Below, piece after piece: positions 18,455 through 28,900 of a DNA stretch of 60,866 bases. Source of the DNA: Pseudomonadota bacterium (GTDB lineage: Bacteria; Pseudomonadota; Alphaproteobacteria; Micavibrionales; UBA2020). Where the stretch lies: assembly GCA_021805245.1 (NCBI GenBank), contig JAJZFS010000078.1, positions 1-60,866 on the forward strand, written 5' to 3'. The translations under genes were made by a program, and so were the position numbers. Under the pieces are notes generated by a model that was given only the letters and a program-made list of their open reading frames with translations, was not told the origin of the DNA and did no database searches. How positions within the stretch are numbered: the first letter of the stretch is position 1; the number at the start of each line of letters is the position of its first letter.

Positions 18455-19272
18455 GGCTGCTTTTTCTGGGAGACATTGTCGGACGTGACGCGCGCGATGA
18501 ACTGATGGCGCGTCTTCCCGAACTGCGCACCCGATACAAGCTGGATGCCGTGATCGTCAACGGTGAAAATGCGGCGCACGGTTTCGGCATCACCGCCCAG
18601 ATTTGCACCGATCTTTACAAGGTGGGCGTGGACTGCATCACGACCGGCAATCATGTTTGGGACCAGCGCGAGATCATCTCCTACATTTCAGGCGATCCGA
18701 AACTGCTGCGTCCGGTCAATTTCCCCGAAAGCACGCCGGGTCGCGGCACGTATATCATCGAGACGGCGCACGGCCACAAGATTCTTGTCGTGAACGTGAT
18801 GGGCAGGCTGTTCATGGACGCGCTGGACGATCCTTTTGCCGCCGTCGATAAAATCTGCAATACGTACCGCATGGGCGCGCAGGTGAATGCCATCGTCATC
18901 GACATGCACGCTGAAGCCAATAGCGAGAAAATGGCCATGGCGCAATATTGCGACGGCCGCGCATCCTTTGTCGTCGGCACGCACACGCACATCCCGACGG
19001 CTGACGCGCAAATCCTGCCCAAAGGCACCGGCTACCAGACGGATGCCGGCATGTGCGGCAATTACGACAGCGTCATCGGCATGGATGCGCCGACCGCCAT
19101 TCACAGGTTTACGCGCAAGATGCCGGGCGAACGGCTGCGTCCCGCCGAAGGCGGGCCGGTGACGCTGTGCGGCACAATGGTCGATATCGAGCCGTCTACG
19201 GGACTGTGCAAGGCTATCCAAGCCTTTAGGCTTGGCGGAAGATTGTCACAAGCCCTGCCTGCGGAAACATGA
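18451..19272 (+). CDS. YmdB/TIGR00282 family metallophosphoesterase
   Basis: GDIVG, NGENAAHG, TGNHVWD, DMHAEA.SEK, GTHTH. Confidence 0.93.
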   Translation: MRLLFLGDIVGRDARDELMARLPELRTRYKLDAVIVNGENAAHGFGITAQICTDLYKVGVDCITTGNHVWDQREIISYISGDPKLLRPVNFPESTPGRGTYIIETAHGHKILVVNVMGRLFMDALDDPFAAVDKICNTYRMGAQVNAIVIDMHAEANSEKMAMAQYCDGRASFVVGTHTHIPTADAQILPKGTGYQTDAGMCGNYDSVIGMDAPTAIHRFTRKMPGERLRPAEGGPVTLCGTMVDIEPSTGLCKAIQAFRLGGRLSQALPAET

Positions 19273-19288
19273 TTATTTGAGAGGTCAC

Positions 19289-19771
19289 ATGAAAACATCC
19301 AAAATATTGATGAATGCCGCTATTTTCTTCTGCATCGCATTGGGGGGCGTGTTTTATTTCTCCCACAGAGCGCACGGCGAAATCCACACCCAAGAGCTCG
19401 TGATTGTCAGCCAGAACGGCGTCAAACACGATTTTCGGGTGGAAATCGCGGCCACGCCGCAGGAACAGGAGATGGGGCTGATGTTCCGCACAAAGATGGC
19501 GCCGAACCACGGCATGCTGTTCGAGATGAACCGGACGGCGCCGGTCGTCTTCTGGATGAAGAACACGCTGATCCCGCTCGACATGCTGTTTGTCGCGCCC
19601 GACGGCGTGATCACGCATATTCACGCGAATGCGATTCCGCAAGACCTGACGGCGATCCCGTCCGGCGGGCCGGTCAGCGGCGTCATTGAAATCAACGGCG
19701 GGCGGGCGAAAGCGCTCGGAATCGCCGTTGGCGACAAGGTGCTGCATCCTTATTTCAATGACGTGAAATAA
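19289..19771 (+). CDS. DUF192 family protein
   Basis: N-terminal signal/TM, GLMFR, FWMKNTLIPLDMLF, VIEINGG. Confidence 0.9.
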   Translation: MKTSKILMNAAIFFCIALGGVFYFSHRAHGEIHTQELVIVSQNGVKHDFRVEIAATPQEQEMGLMFRTKMAPNHGMLFEMNRTAPVVFWMKNTLIPLDMLFVAPDGVITHIHANAIPQDLTAIPSGGPVSGVIEINGGRAKALGIAVGDKVLHPYFNDVK

Positions 19772-19772
19772 A

Positions 19773-20288
19773 TCAGGCTTTTTCTGCCGCCTTTTTTTGC
19801 AACGGCTTGGCGTAGCGCGAGAATTCTTTCACCACATGCGCGTAGACCGTGCGCTTGAAAGGCACGGCATATTGCGTCAGCTCGTCGAAGGGCACCCATT
19901 TCCAGTTGCCAAACTCCGGCTCGTCGTGGGTGGTCAGGTCTATTTCGTCGTCGGTGCCGAGAAAGCGCAGGGCGATCCATTTTTGCCTCTGGCCGCAGTA
20001 TTTTCCGTCCCAGAGCCTGTCGCTCAGCGCGGGCGGAAAATCGTAGCATATCCAGTCGTGCATCATGCCGAGGATCTCCGCGTTGCGCGTGCCGATTTCC
20101 TCTTCCATTTCGCGGAAGACGGCGGTTTCCGGCTCTTCGCCTTCGTCGATGCCGCCTTGCGGCATTTGCCATCCGTTGGGGTTGTCAAGCCGCTCGGCGA
20201 TCAGGACATGACCCTCGGCATTGAACAGGACAATGCCGACGCCCGGCCGGTAAATCTTGGAAGGTTGGGTGTTCCCGTTTTCCGGCAT
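19773..20288 (-). CDS. rppH: RNA pyrophosphohydrolase RppH (Nudix)
   Basis: YRPGVG, WQMPQGGIDEGE...REMEEEIG Nudix box, GQRQKW. Confidence 0.95.
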   Translation of the reverse strand: MPENGNTQPSKIYRPGVGIVLFNAEGHVLIAERLDNPNGWQMPQGGIDEGEEPETAVFREMEEEIGTRNAEILGMMHDWICYDFPPALSDRLWDGKYCGQRQKWIALRFLGTDDEIDLTTHDEPEFGNWKWVPFDELTQYAVPFKRTVYAHVVKEFSRYAKPLQKKAAEKA

Positions 20289-20289
20289 G

Positions 20290-21357
20290 TCAGGGCTGCC
20301 TGAGTTGTGATTGCGGGGGCGGCACTGCTGCGGACGCGGCGACGGGAGATGATGGCGCGCCGGCGGCGGCGACGGGGGCTGCCACTGGCGACTGAGCCTG
20401 CGGAATATAATGTTTTTTATGTCTCCAGATGGTCTTCAACGGTGCCAGGATGATCCCCTTGGCGGCGAGGCCGTCGGCCCATGACTTTAGAATATTGAGC
20501 GTGACAGGATAGGGCTGGGCGATGCCGATGGCGTAGCCATACTTGTGCGCGTCCTGTTCCAGTCGGGAGAGCTGGTCGCTGATGGCGTCGTCTGTGGGTA
20601 TTTTATCTATGCGCAGGTTCGCCTGCAGGAAGGGAAGGCCGGTTTGCGCGGCGGTGGCAGGGGCGGTGGAATCTTCGATGCCGGGCGTTTCAATGAACAT
20701 GGCGTCGTTTCGGCGCAGGGTCGTGAAGGTGGAGGAAAGCCTCTTCTGGTCGGTCAGGTAGCGCGAGCCCATCATGTTCATGACGCCGTCTGTGCCGTCG
20801 CCACGGGAGAGCAGCCACTCAAGGTTGGCGTTGTTGACCTTGTCGCTCAGACGCGAGGACAGGGCGCGCGGGCCGGGATCGTTCCCTGGGTAGTCGGACG
20901 TTTCCATCGGCACAAGCATGAGCGCTTCGTGGTTTGCGGCTACCGCCTTGCTGACCCATGAACGCACGTCGTCGGCGTAAGGCGAGAAAGCCAGTGTGAA
21001 CTGTGCGGGCAGGTCTTCAATGGCCCTTTGCGTTTCGAGAGAAGACAGGCCGAGGTCGGAAACGATGATGGAAATGTATGTCTTGCCGTCATCGGCGACG
21101 GGCGGGAGCGTGTTGGCCGGCGTCGTCGCGGGGGTGGCGCTGGAGACGCTCGTGATTTGCGGCGTCGTATAAATGTTCCTGACTGTGGCCGTCACGGAAG
21201 GAACCTCCGCCCGCAGGCTTTCAAGAGTCCGCCCGGCTTGCGTCGAAATCCATAGGGCGCACAAGACCATCAGCAGCGCGTAAGCGGCCAGACCCTGAGT
21301 GCAACGCTTTTTATGCGCCGCAGGAAAAGATGACCATATTTCAGTCCATCTTTTCAA
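20290..21357 (-). CDS. Divergent polysaccharide deacetylase (YibQ family)
   Basis: TM anchor, IIVSDLG, TLAFSPY, VPME..YP..DPGP, NMMGS; follows ctpA. Confidence 0.88.
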   Translation of the reverse strand: MKRWTEIWSSFPAAHKKRCTQGLAAYALLMVLCALWISTQAGRTLESLRAEVPSVTATVRNIYTTPQITSVSSATPATTPANTLPPVADDGKTYISIIVSDLGLSSLETQRAIEDLPAQFTLAFSPYADDVRSWVSKAVAANHEALMLVPMETSDYPGNDPGPRALSSRLSDKVNNANLEWLLSRGDGTDGVMNMMGSRYLTDQKRLSSTFTTLRRNDAMFIETPGIEDSTAPATAAQTGLPFLQANLRIDKIPTDDAISDQLSRLEQDAHKYGYAIGIAQPYPVTLNILKSWADGLAAKGIILAPLKTIWRHKKHYIPQAQSPVAAPVAAAGAPSSPVAASAAVPPPQSQLRQP

Positions 21358-21367
21358 CTTGCGCTCC

Positions 21368-22744
21368 CTATTTGTTCAGTTCCTGGTCGCGCGTGTGCTT
21401 TTCCTTCGCCGGAGACGTTTTCGCAGGGATGCCGGTGGTGTTGGACTTGTAAAGGGATATTCCCTGCAGAAGGTCGACGGCGCGCAGCAACTGGTAATCC
21501 GCTGCCAGTTTCTTGTCTTCGTCCACGCTGTCCTTCTTTTCCTTGACAGGCGTGCCATCCGGGTTTTTGAGAGCGCCCCGCAGATCGGATTCGTGGATCG
21601 TCGGGAACGGATTGTCGTCGGCCACGATCTTGGCAGGCTTGATCACGATATCCGGCGTGATGCCTTCCGCCTGAATGGAGCGGCCCGACGGCGTGAAGTA
21701 GCGTGCCGTCGTCAGTCGGACCATGCCGCCGCCGGGAACGTTAAACAGCGTTTGCACCGAGCCTTTGCCGAAGGACTGCGTGCCGGCGATGATGGCGCGG
21801 TGGTTGTCCTGCAACGCGCCGGAAACGATTTCCGAGGCCGAAGCGGAGCCGCCGTTGATCAGGTCGACGACGGGCAGGCCGTCGGCCATATCGCCCGGCG
21901 TGGCGTAGTCGGCGCGGTCGTCGTCGGAATTACGGCCGCGTGTCGAGACGATCTCGCCCTTGTTGAGGAAATCGTCCGATACGGCAATCGCCTGATCGAG
22001 CAGGCCGCCCGGATTGTTGCGGAGGTCAAGAACGTAGCCGATCAGCTTTTTACCGGCCTGTTTCCTGATGTTTTTAAAGGCTTTGAGCATGCCGGGCTGC
22101 GTTTGCGCATTGAACATGGTAATGCGGATATAGCCGACGTTGCCGTTGATGACGCGGTACTTGACCGATTTGATCTGGATCACGGCGCGGGTGAGGGTGA
22201 TTTTAAGAGGCGCTTTTTCGCCCTTGCGGATGATGGTCAGCAGGATTTTGGAGCCGACCTTGCCGCGCATCTTGCCCACGGCGTCGTTCAGGCTCATGCC
22301 GGTGACGGGCTTGCCGTCGATTTCGATGATCAGGTCGCCGGACTTGATGCCCGCGTGCGCCGCCGGCGTGTCGTCGATCGGCGAAATGACTTTGATGACG
22401 CCGTTGGCCATGGTGACCTCGATGCCGAGGCCGCCGAATTCGCCGGTGTTTTCGACATCCATCGCCTTGGCTTCCTTGGCATTCATGTAGGAGGAATGCG
22501 GGTCGAGGCTGGAGAGCATGCCGTTGAGCGCGTATTCGATCAGTTTCTTGTCGGACATGGGGTCGACGTAATCCGCCCGCACCATTTCGAAAACGTCGCC
22601 GAACAAATTCAGTTGTTTGTAAGTGTCGGTGCTTGCGTCAGGACTTTGCGCGGCGCCGCTTGCTTCTGCGATGACGGCGAGCGAAGTGCAGGCCAGCATA
22701 ATGGCGGCGATGATGGCGACGAATTTGAAGGACTTTTTATTCAT
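21368..22744 (-). CDS. ctpA: S41 carboxy-terminal processing protease CtpA
   Basis: PDZ domain, DLRNNPGGLL, SASASEIVSGALQD, FGKGSVQ. Confidence 0.95.
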   Translation of the reverse strand: MNKKSFKFVAIIAAIMLACTSLAVIAEASGAAQSPDASTDTYKQLNLFGDVFEMVRADYVDPMSDKKLIEYALNGMLSSLDPHSSYMNAKEAKAMDVENTGEFGGLGIEVTMANGVIKVISPIDDTPAAHAGIKSGDLIIEIDGKPVTGMSLNDAVGKMRGKVGSKILLTIIRKGEKAPLKITLTRAVIQIKSVKYRVINGNVGYIRITMFNAQTQPGMLKAFKNIRKQAGKKLIGYVLDLRNNPGGLLDQAIAVSDDFLNKGEIVSTRGRNSDDDRADYATPGDMADGLPVVDLINGGSASASEIVSGALQDNHRAIIAGTQSFGKGSVQTLFNVPGGGMVRLTTARYFTPSGRSIQAEGITPDIVIKPAKIVADDNPFPTIHESDLRGALKNPDGTPVKEKKDSVDEDKKLAADYQLLRAVDLLQGISLYKSNTTGIPAKTSPAKEKHTRDQELNK

Positions 22745-22746
22745 GG

Positions 22747-23922
22747 CTAGCTTTTTTCCTGTTTCAGTTGTGCAAGCAATAACCCCTGGGGATTGATCGG
22801 CTTCCCGTTATGGCGCAGTTCGAAGTAGATCCGGGGAGAGCCGGACGTCTTTGCCACTCCGACGGGCTCACCGGCCGCAAGAGACGCTCCAACGACAGTG
22901 TCGATGTGCGCCAGTCCGGTAATGAGGCTATGATACCCGCCCTTATGCTCGATAATCAAGATTTGCTTGTATTTTTGGAAGGGGCCTGCGAAGCGGACGA
23001 TTCCGGCAAGAGGCGCGACAACACTGGCGCCGGGACTTGTGGAAAATATGATGCCTTCGCTGCGCGCTCCGAGTTCGTTCTTCTGGCCGAAGGCAGTGAA
23101 TACTCTTCCACTCACAGGCATGATCAGCTGACCGGGGCGGTGGGCCCTTTGGGCCTCATGCTCATGCTCAACGTTTCTGTCATTCTGTTCTTTTAATTTA
23201 AGTCTTCTAACTAAGTCTTCGAGATTTCTGGATTCTTTTGTAAGTTTGGCAACTTCCATTTCCTGGGCACGGCGCTGATTTTCCGTACTTTGATAAAGTT
23301 TTTGCCGTGCAGCCAGCAGGAGGGTGAGGGCGCTTTGCTGTTTGTTCAGTTGTTGCGTTTGCGCTGTTTGCAGTACTTTTTGCTGCTGGATGGAATCTTC
23401 TATTTTCTTAATTTCACCAAGTTCTGCCTTGAGCAGGCTGGCCTGCTTTTGCAGGCGCGGCATGACCGATTTCATAACCAGAGAGGCGCGGGCGGCATCG
23501 ACCGGGTTTGCCTGCATCAGCATGTCCGGGGTTGTCATCTGCGAATACTTCCTGATCGCGGAAACAAGCCCGCCCATGGCCTGCTGGTCCTTATATAATT
23601 TTTCCACGACCAGGCTCTTTTTCTGCTCGAGGTTTTGCAGCGTCTCGCTCGTCTGGGAGAGGTCGTCCTGACTGAGGCGCAGGTTTCTTGTCACGCGGAC
23701 GAGGTTTTTTTTCAGATCGGAGACCTGCGCGTTCAACTCGTTTGACTTGTGGGTGAGCATGGCGTGGGCTGTCTGCCGCGCGATGATCTCGTTGCGGATA
23801 TTGTCGGCTTTATTGGTGTAATTCGTGATATTGCAGAGTGCGGAAACGGGCGACAGCAAGACAGCGGCCACAACGCCCGTGCGGAGGAGGAAAGTAAGGC
23901 GCTGTCCTTTCGCTATGTTCAT
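22747..23922 (-). CDS. envC: Murein hydrolase activator EnvC-like (coiled coil plus degenerate M23)
   Basis: Signal peptide, long coiled coil, LIIEH..GYHSL and IYFELRHNGKPINP; start placed at ATG 23922. Confidence 0.85.
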   Translation of the reverse strand: MNIAKGQRLTFLLRTGVVAAVLLSPVSALCNITNYTNKADNIRNEIIARQTAHAMLTHKSNELNAQVSDLKKNLVRVTRNLRLSQDDLSQTSETLQNLEQKKSLVVEKLYKDQQAMGGLVSAIRKYSQMTTPDMLMQANPVDAARASLVMKSVMPRLQKQASLLKAELGEIKKIEDSIQQQKVLQTAQTQQLNKQQSALTLLLAARQKLYQSTENQRRAQEMEVAKLTKESRNLEDLVRRLKLKEQNDRNVEHEHEAQRAHRPGQLIMPVSGRVFTAFGQKNELGARSEGIIFSTSPGASVVAPLAGIVRFAGPFQKYKQILIIEHKGGYHSLITGLAHIDTVVGASLAAGEPVGVAKTSGSPRIYFELRHNGKPINPQGLLLAQLKQEKS

Positions 23923-23933
23923 CCACCCACCGC

Positions 23934-24386
23934 CTATTGTCTGTGATACGGGTGTCCGGCGATAATCTGCTGGGCACGGTAAAGCTGTTCTAACAGCATA
24001 ACGCGAACCAGCATGTGAGGCCACGTTTGTTTGCCGAAAGACAACAAAAAGCCTGATTTTTCGCGGACCTGATTATCGAAACCGTCCGCGCCGCCGATCA
24101 GAAACGTGACAGTGTTGGCGGGCGCGCTGTCCTGCCAGCCGGAGAGCTTTTTGGCGAAGGCGGGGCTGGCGAGCGTTTCTCCCCGTTCGTCAAGGGCCAC
24201 GACGAGAGACTGCTGTTTTTCAAGTTCCTGCAGGATGAGGGGCGCTTCCTGCGCCGATGTCGCGCCTTTGGGACTGTTAATCTCCTTAAGACTGACGTCC
24301 CATTTCATGCGTTTGAGGTATTCTTCGCACAGCTCTTTGGCCGGAGAAGCTTTTTGCCGCCCGACGGCGATAATGCGGATTTTCAT
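23934..24386 (-). CDS. rlmH: 23S rRNA pseudouridine(1915)-N3 methyltransferase RlmH
   Basis: LDERG, FLIGGADG, TWPHMLVRVMLLEQLYRA..I..GHPYHR. Confidence 0.96.
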   Translation of the reverse strand: MKIRIIAVGRQKASPAKELCEEYLKRMKWDVSLKEINSPKGATSAQEAPLILQELEKQQSLVVALDERGETLASPAFAKKLSGWQDSAPANTVTFLIGGADGFDNQVREKSGFLLSFGKQTWPHMLVRVMLLEQLYRAQQIIAGHPYHRQ

Positions 24387-24887
24387 TTAAACCGACTGGT
24401 AACGCGTATAGTTCACCGTCGAAAAATCCCCGCCCCAGAGCTTTTCGAGGTCGTAAAAGGCGCGTACTTCGGCGCGGAAGATATGCACCATTACATCGCC
24501 GGTGTCGATGATCGCCCAGTCGCCGGATTCCAGCCCTTCGACGCGCGCCTTGATCTGGCGGTCGTGGTTGAGCTTCTCGCGCAGGTTTCGCGCCAGGGAG
24601 GCGACGTGCCGCGAAGAGGTGCCGGTGGCGATCACCATGTAATCGGCGATTGACGTCTTGCCCTTCAGCGGTATGCAGACGATATTTTGCCCCTTGTCGG
24701 CATCGAGAGCGGCGGAGATGAAATCCTGCAAGCTTGCAGGTTTCTTGGCAGCGGCTGGCTTGGCGGATTTTTCAGCGGCCTTTTTAACAGGCTTTTTGAC
24801 GGCTTTTTTAACGGTCTTGGAGGCTACGGCCTTTTTGGCGGGAGCCTTCTGATTTTTTTTTGCAGTCGTCGCCTTCTTCGTTTTCAT
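24387..24887 (-). CDS. rsfS: Ribosome silencing factor RsfS (Iojap) with a Lys/Ala-rich N-terminal extension
   Basis: ADYMVIATGTS.RHV and W.IIDTGDVMVHIF..EVR.FYDLEKLW. Confidence 0.94.
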   Translation of the reverse strand: MKTKKATTAKKNQKAPAKKAVASKTVKKAVKKPVKKAAEKSAKPAAAKKPASLQDFISAALDADKGQNIVCIPLKGKTSIADYMVIATGTSSRHVASLARNLREKLNHDRQIKARVEGLESGDWAIIDTGDVMVHIFRAEVRAFYDLEKLWGGDFSTVNYTRYQSV

Positions 24888-24910
24888 AGCCGGAGTATAG
24901 CGTACACGGT

Positions 24911-25498
24911 TTAAGTCCGCAACTTCCTTGTTTCCCGAATAGCCGTCGCCGACTGGCTGTTCAGGGGGATGTGCAGTATCGTCCAGGCGGGCAGGCGGCA
25001 GGTTTTGAGGCGCAGGGCTTCGTCTTGCGGCAAAAGACGGCCGCGGAACCGTTCCAGCGCCCGGCAGGACTTGATGTTATTGCCGCGCGGCGGGCGGTCG
25101 AGGACGGCGACGGGGACGCTTTGGTAGATTTTTTCCCATTCCTGCCAGCGGTGGACCTGCAGCAGGTTGTCGGTGCCCATCAGCCAGACGAAGCGCGTGC
25201 GCGGGAAGCGTGTTTTCAGCGCGGTGATCGTGTCGGCGGTGTAGCGGGTGCCGAGATGCTGCTCGATGTCGGTGACGAAAATGCGCGGATGCCCGCCGGC
25301 GATCTTTTGCGCGCTCGCCAGACGCTCCGCCAGCGGCGCCATGCCGTTGGTCGATTTCAGCGGGTTTTGCGGGCTGACCATCCACCAGACGGCGTCCAGT
25401 CCCAGCAGCTTCATCGCGTAAAGGCTGATATGCAGATGTCCTTCATGTGCGGGGTTGAACGACCCGCCGAGGAGGCCAATGGTGCGTTGGGGGATCAT
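24911..25498 (-). CDS. nadD: Nicotinate-nucleotide adenylyltransferase NadD
   Basis: GLLGGSFNPAHEGH, WLMGTD, SATAIR; start placed at ATG 25498. Confidence 0.95.
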   Translation of the reverse strand: MIPQRTIGLLGGSFNPAHEGHLHISLYAMKLLGLDAVWWMVSPQNPLKSTNGMAPLAERLASAQKIAGGHPRIFVTDIEQHLGTRYTADTITALKTRFPRTRFVWLMGTDNLLQVHRWQEWEKIYQSVPVAVLDRPPRGNNIKSCRALERFRGRLLPQDEALRLKTCRLPAWTILHIPLNSQSATAIRETRKLRT

Positions 25499-25517
25499 GT
25501 TTGCCCGCCGCGTAGCG

Positions 25518-25934
25518 TCATTCAACTTTACGGACACGGTTTGAATAGTCTATCGTCCCGTCGGGAAATGTGAGATGCCACACTTCATAGCCCGTAAAAT
25601 TGAACACCTGGAGCTTCAGGTTGTCGGTGAACTCGAACGTCAGATCGGAACTCTCTTTTTCAAGTCTGGCGGCGACAACGACTTTTCCTTCCAGTTCGTT
25701 TTTCGCTTCCGTGAACACATTGAGCGGCATGGGGATCCCGTATTTCTGCTCATAGTCAAAATTGCAGAGTTTGTTTGTGCCGTTTTTTATGATGCGCCAA
25801 TAATCGCTTCGCAAAACCGTCCCCTGCGAAAATGTGACAACCAGAGAAACAAAGTCCCCTTCAACATACTTCCCCGCAACAGTGACAGAACTGTCTTTCA
25901 GCTTCTCGAGCGCCGAACTAAGCTTCATTTCCAT
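25518..25934 (-). CDS. Hypothetical protein (possibly DUF6188-like), AT-richer than its neighbours
   Basis: 138-aa ORF between putA and nadD; pattern WRI...LEGK.V...SDL.F.F...L.V...YE.W.L..PDG recalled from DUF6188. Confidence 0.6.
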   Translation of the reverse strand: MEMKLSSALEKLKDSSVTVAGKYVEGDFVSLVVTFSQGTVLRSDYWRIIKNGTNKLCNFDYEQKYGIPMPLNVFTEAKNELEGKVVVAARLEKESSDLTFEFTDNLKLQVFNFTGYEVWHLTFPDGTIDYSNRVRKVE

Positions 25935-25969
25935 ACTCTATTTTCGTTAAATAACATACGTATAATTTG

Positions 25970-28900
25970 TTACACCTCTGCCAAGGATACCAGCGTTGTG
26001 TTCCCACCGGAAGCGGTAGTATTGATGCTGACGCTTTTTTCTGTGGCAAAGCGGAAGAGGTAGTGCGGCCCGCCGGCTTTCGGGCCGGTGCCGGAGAGGC
26101 CTTGCCCGCCGAACGGCTGCACGCCGACGACTGCACCGATGATCGTGCGGTTGACGTAGCAGTTGCCGGCGTTCACGCGCGCGCAAGCCGAGCGCATCTG
26201 GTGGTCGATGCGCGTGTGGATGCCGAAGGTGAGGCCGTAGCCCGTGGCATTGATCTGGTCGATCACGCTATCGATCTCGCCCGCCTTGTAGCGGATAATG
26301 TGCAAAATCGGGCCGAACACCTCGCGCTTCAGCACGTCGAGCGACGCGATTTCATAAGCGCGGGGGGCGAAGAACGTGCCGTTTTTGCAGCCTTCCGGCA
26401 TTGTGACCTTTGCCAGCGGCGTCGCTTCCCTGTCCATGCGGGCGGCATGTTCCTCAAGGATAGACAGCGCGTCCTTGTCGATGACGGGGCCGATGTCGGT
26501 CGAGAGCTTCGCCGGATCGCCGAGAACGAGTTCCCGACAGGCGCCGTCAAGCATCGTGATGACCTTGCCGGCGATGTCTTCAGGCACGAACAATACGCGC
26601 AGGGCGGAGCAACGCTGTCCCGCCGAGCGGAAAGCGGATGTAATCACGTCGTCGACGATCTGTTCCGGCAGGGCGCTGGAATCGACGATCATCGCATTCT
26701 GTCCGCCGGTTTCGGCGATCAGTGTCGCGATGGCGCCTTTGCGGCTGGCGAGCGTGCGGTTGATCAGTTGCGCGACTTCGGTCGAGCCGGTGAAGCAGAC
26801 GCCGGTGATGCGTTCGTCCGCGACCATCACTTCGCCCGCGAGTTCGCCCTTGGCGGGCACGAAGGAGAGAACATTCCTGGGGATACCGGCCTTGTACAGC
26901 AGCTCGACGGCCTTTTGCGCGATGGCGCAGGTTTGTTCCGCGGGCTTGGCGATGACGGCGTTGCCTGCCATCAATGCCGCGGAAACCTGCCCCATGAAAA
27001 TTGCCAGCGGGAAGTTCCACGGGCTGATGCAAAGGAACACGCCGCGTCCGTGGAACGAGAGCAGGTTGGCCTCGCCCGTCGGTCCCGGCAGCGTGAGAGC
27101 TGCGCCGAAGTGTGCGCGGCCTTCGACGGCGTAATAGCGGCAGAAATCCACCGCCTCGCGGACTTCGGCAATCGCGTCGGGCAGGGACTTGCCCGCTTCG
27201 CGCACGCAAAGCGAGGCGAACTCGGCCGTATTTTCTTCCATCAGATCCGCCATGCGCTCAAGACAGGCGGCGCGGTCGTCCGCGGGGGCGCTGTCCCATG
27301 CGGGGAAGGCATCATGCGCCGTTGCGAGTGCCAGTTTCATGTCCTCTTTCGTCGCCATCGTCACCGTGCCGACTTCGCGGCGGTTGTCGACAGGGCTGAG
27401 GATTTTCTGCGAGCTGCCGATTTTGGTCATGCCGTTGATCAGCGGCGCGACGGCATAGCGCTGGCTGGCAAACGTCTCGACGTCCTGCAGGAACTTCGCG
27501 CTGACGTTCGTGTTGGCGAATTCGAGACCTTTGGAATTCTTGCGCGCCGTGCCGTAGATGTCGGCGGGCAGGGGGATTTTCGGGTGCGGCTTGCTCTCCA
27601 GCTTCTCCATGTAGAGCACCGGATCGGCGATGATGTCTTCCACCGGCACCTTGTCATTTTGCAGGCGGTTGACGAAGCTGGAGTTCGCGCCGTTTTCGAG
27701 CAGGCGGCGGACGAGATAGGGCAGCAAGTCCTGATGGCTGCCGACGGGGGCATAGACGCGGCAGGGATACTTGCCGTCTTCAAGCCCGACGATCTGGTGA
27801 TAGAGCGGCTCGCCCATGCCGTGCAGGCGCTGGAATTCGAAGTCTTTTTTGTTTTTGCCCGCAAGTTCGATCAGGGCCGCGACGGTGTAGGCGTTGTGCG
27901 TGGCGAACATCGGGTAGAGAATGTCGCGCCGTTCCATCATCTTCGCCGCGCAGGCGAGATAGGCGACGTCGGTCGCGTTCTTGCGCGTGAAAACGGGATA
28001 TCCGGGCAGGCCGTTGACTTGCGCATACTTGATCTCGCTGTCCCAGTAAGCGCCTTTGACGAGACGCAGCATCATGCGGCGGTTGCTGTTCTCGATGAGG
28101 CCGATGAGCCAATCCAGCGCGCGGCCGGCGCGCTTTTGGTAGGCCTGCAGCGCGAGGCCGAAGCCTTCCCAGTCTTTGAGTTTGGGATCGGGGAGAACGT
28201 TGCCGATGATGTCGAGGGTGATTTCAAGCCGGTGCGCTTCTTCCGCATCGACGGTCATGCCGATGCCGTAACCGGCGCACTTCCGGGCCAGTTCCAGAAT
28301 TTTCGCGGAGAGCGCGGGCACGCAAACGTCGCGATGCGCATATTCGAAGCGCGGGTGCAGGGCGGAGAGCTTGACCGAGATGCCGGGGGACATGACCACG
28401 CCGCGTCCGTTGGCGGCCTTGCCGATGGCGTCGATGGCCATGGCGTAGTTTTTGAAATAGCGCTCCGCATCTTCCATCGTGCGCGCGCCTTCGCCGAGCA
28501 TGTCGAACGAGTGGCGGTAGCCCATCTTCTCGGCGTCAGCGCCGCGGGAAAGTCCTTCCTCGATCGTGCGGCCCATGACGAACTGCTGGCCCATGATCTT
28601 CATGACATGCAGCATGGCCCTGCGGATAACGGGTTCCCCCATGCGGGGGATCAGGCCTCTGGCTTCGTCTTCGACGTCGCTGATGACCTTGCCGGTCAGC
28701 ATCAGGGCCCATGTCGAGGCGTTGACGAAGAGGTCGTGGCCTTTGCCGAGGTGCTGGTTCCAGTCGGCACCGCTCATCTTGTCGCGGATCAGCAGGTCGG
28801 CGGTCTCTTTGTCGGGAATGCGGAGCAGGGCTTCGGCAAGGCACATCAGCGCCACGCCTTCCTTGGTGGTGAGGCCGAATTCCTGCAAAAAGCTGTCGAG

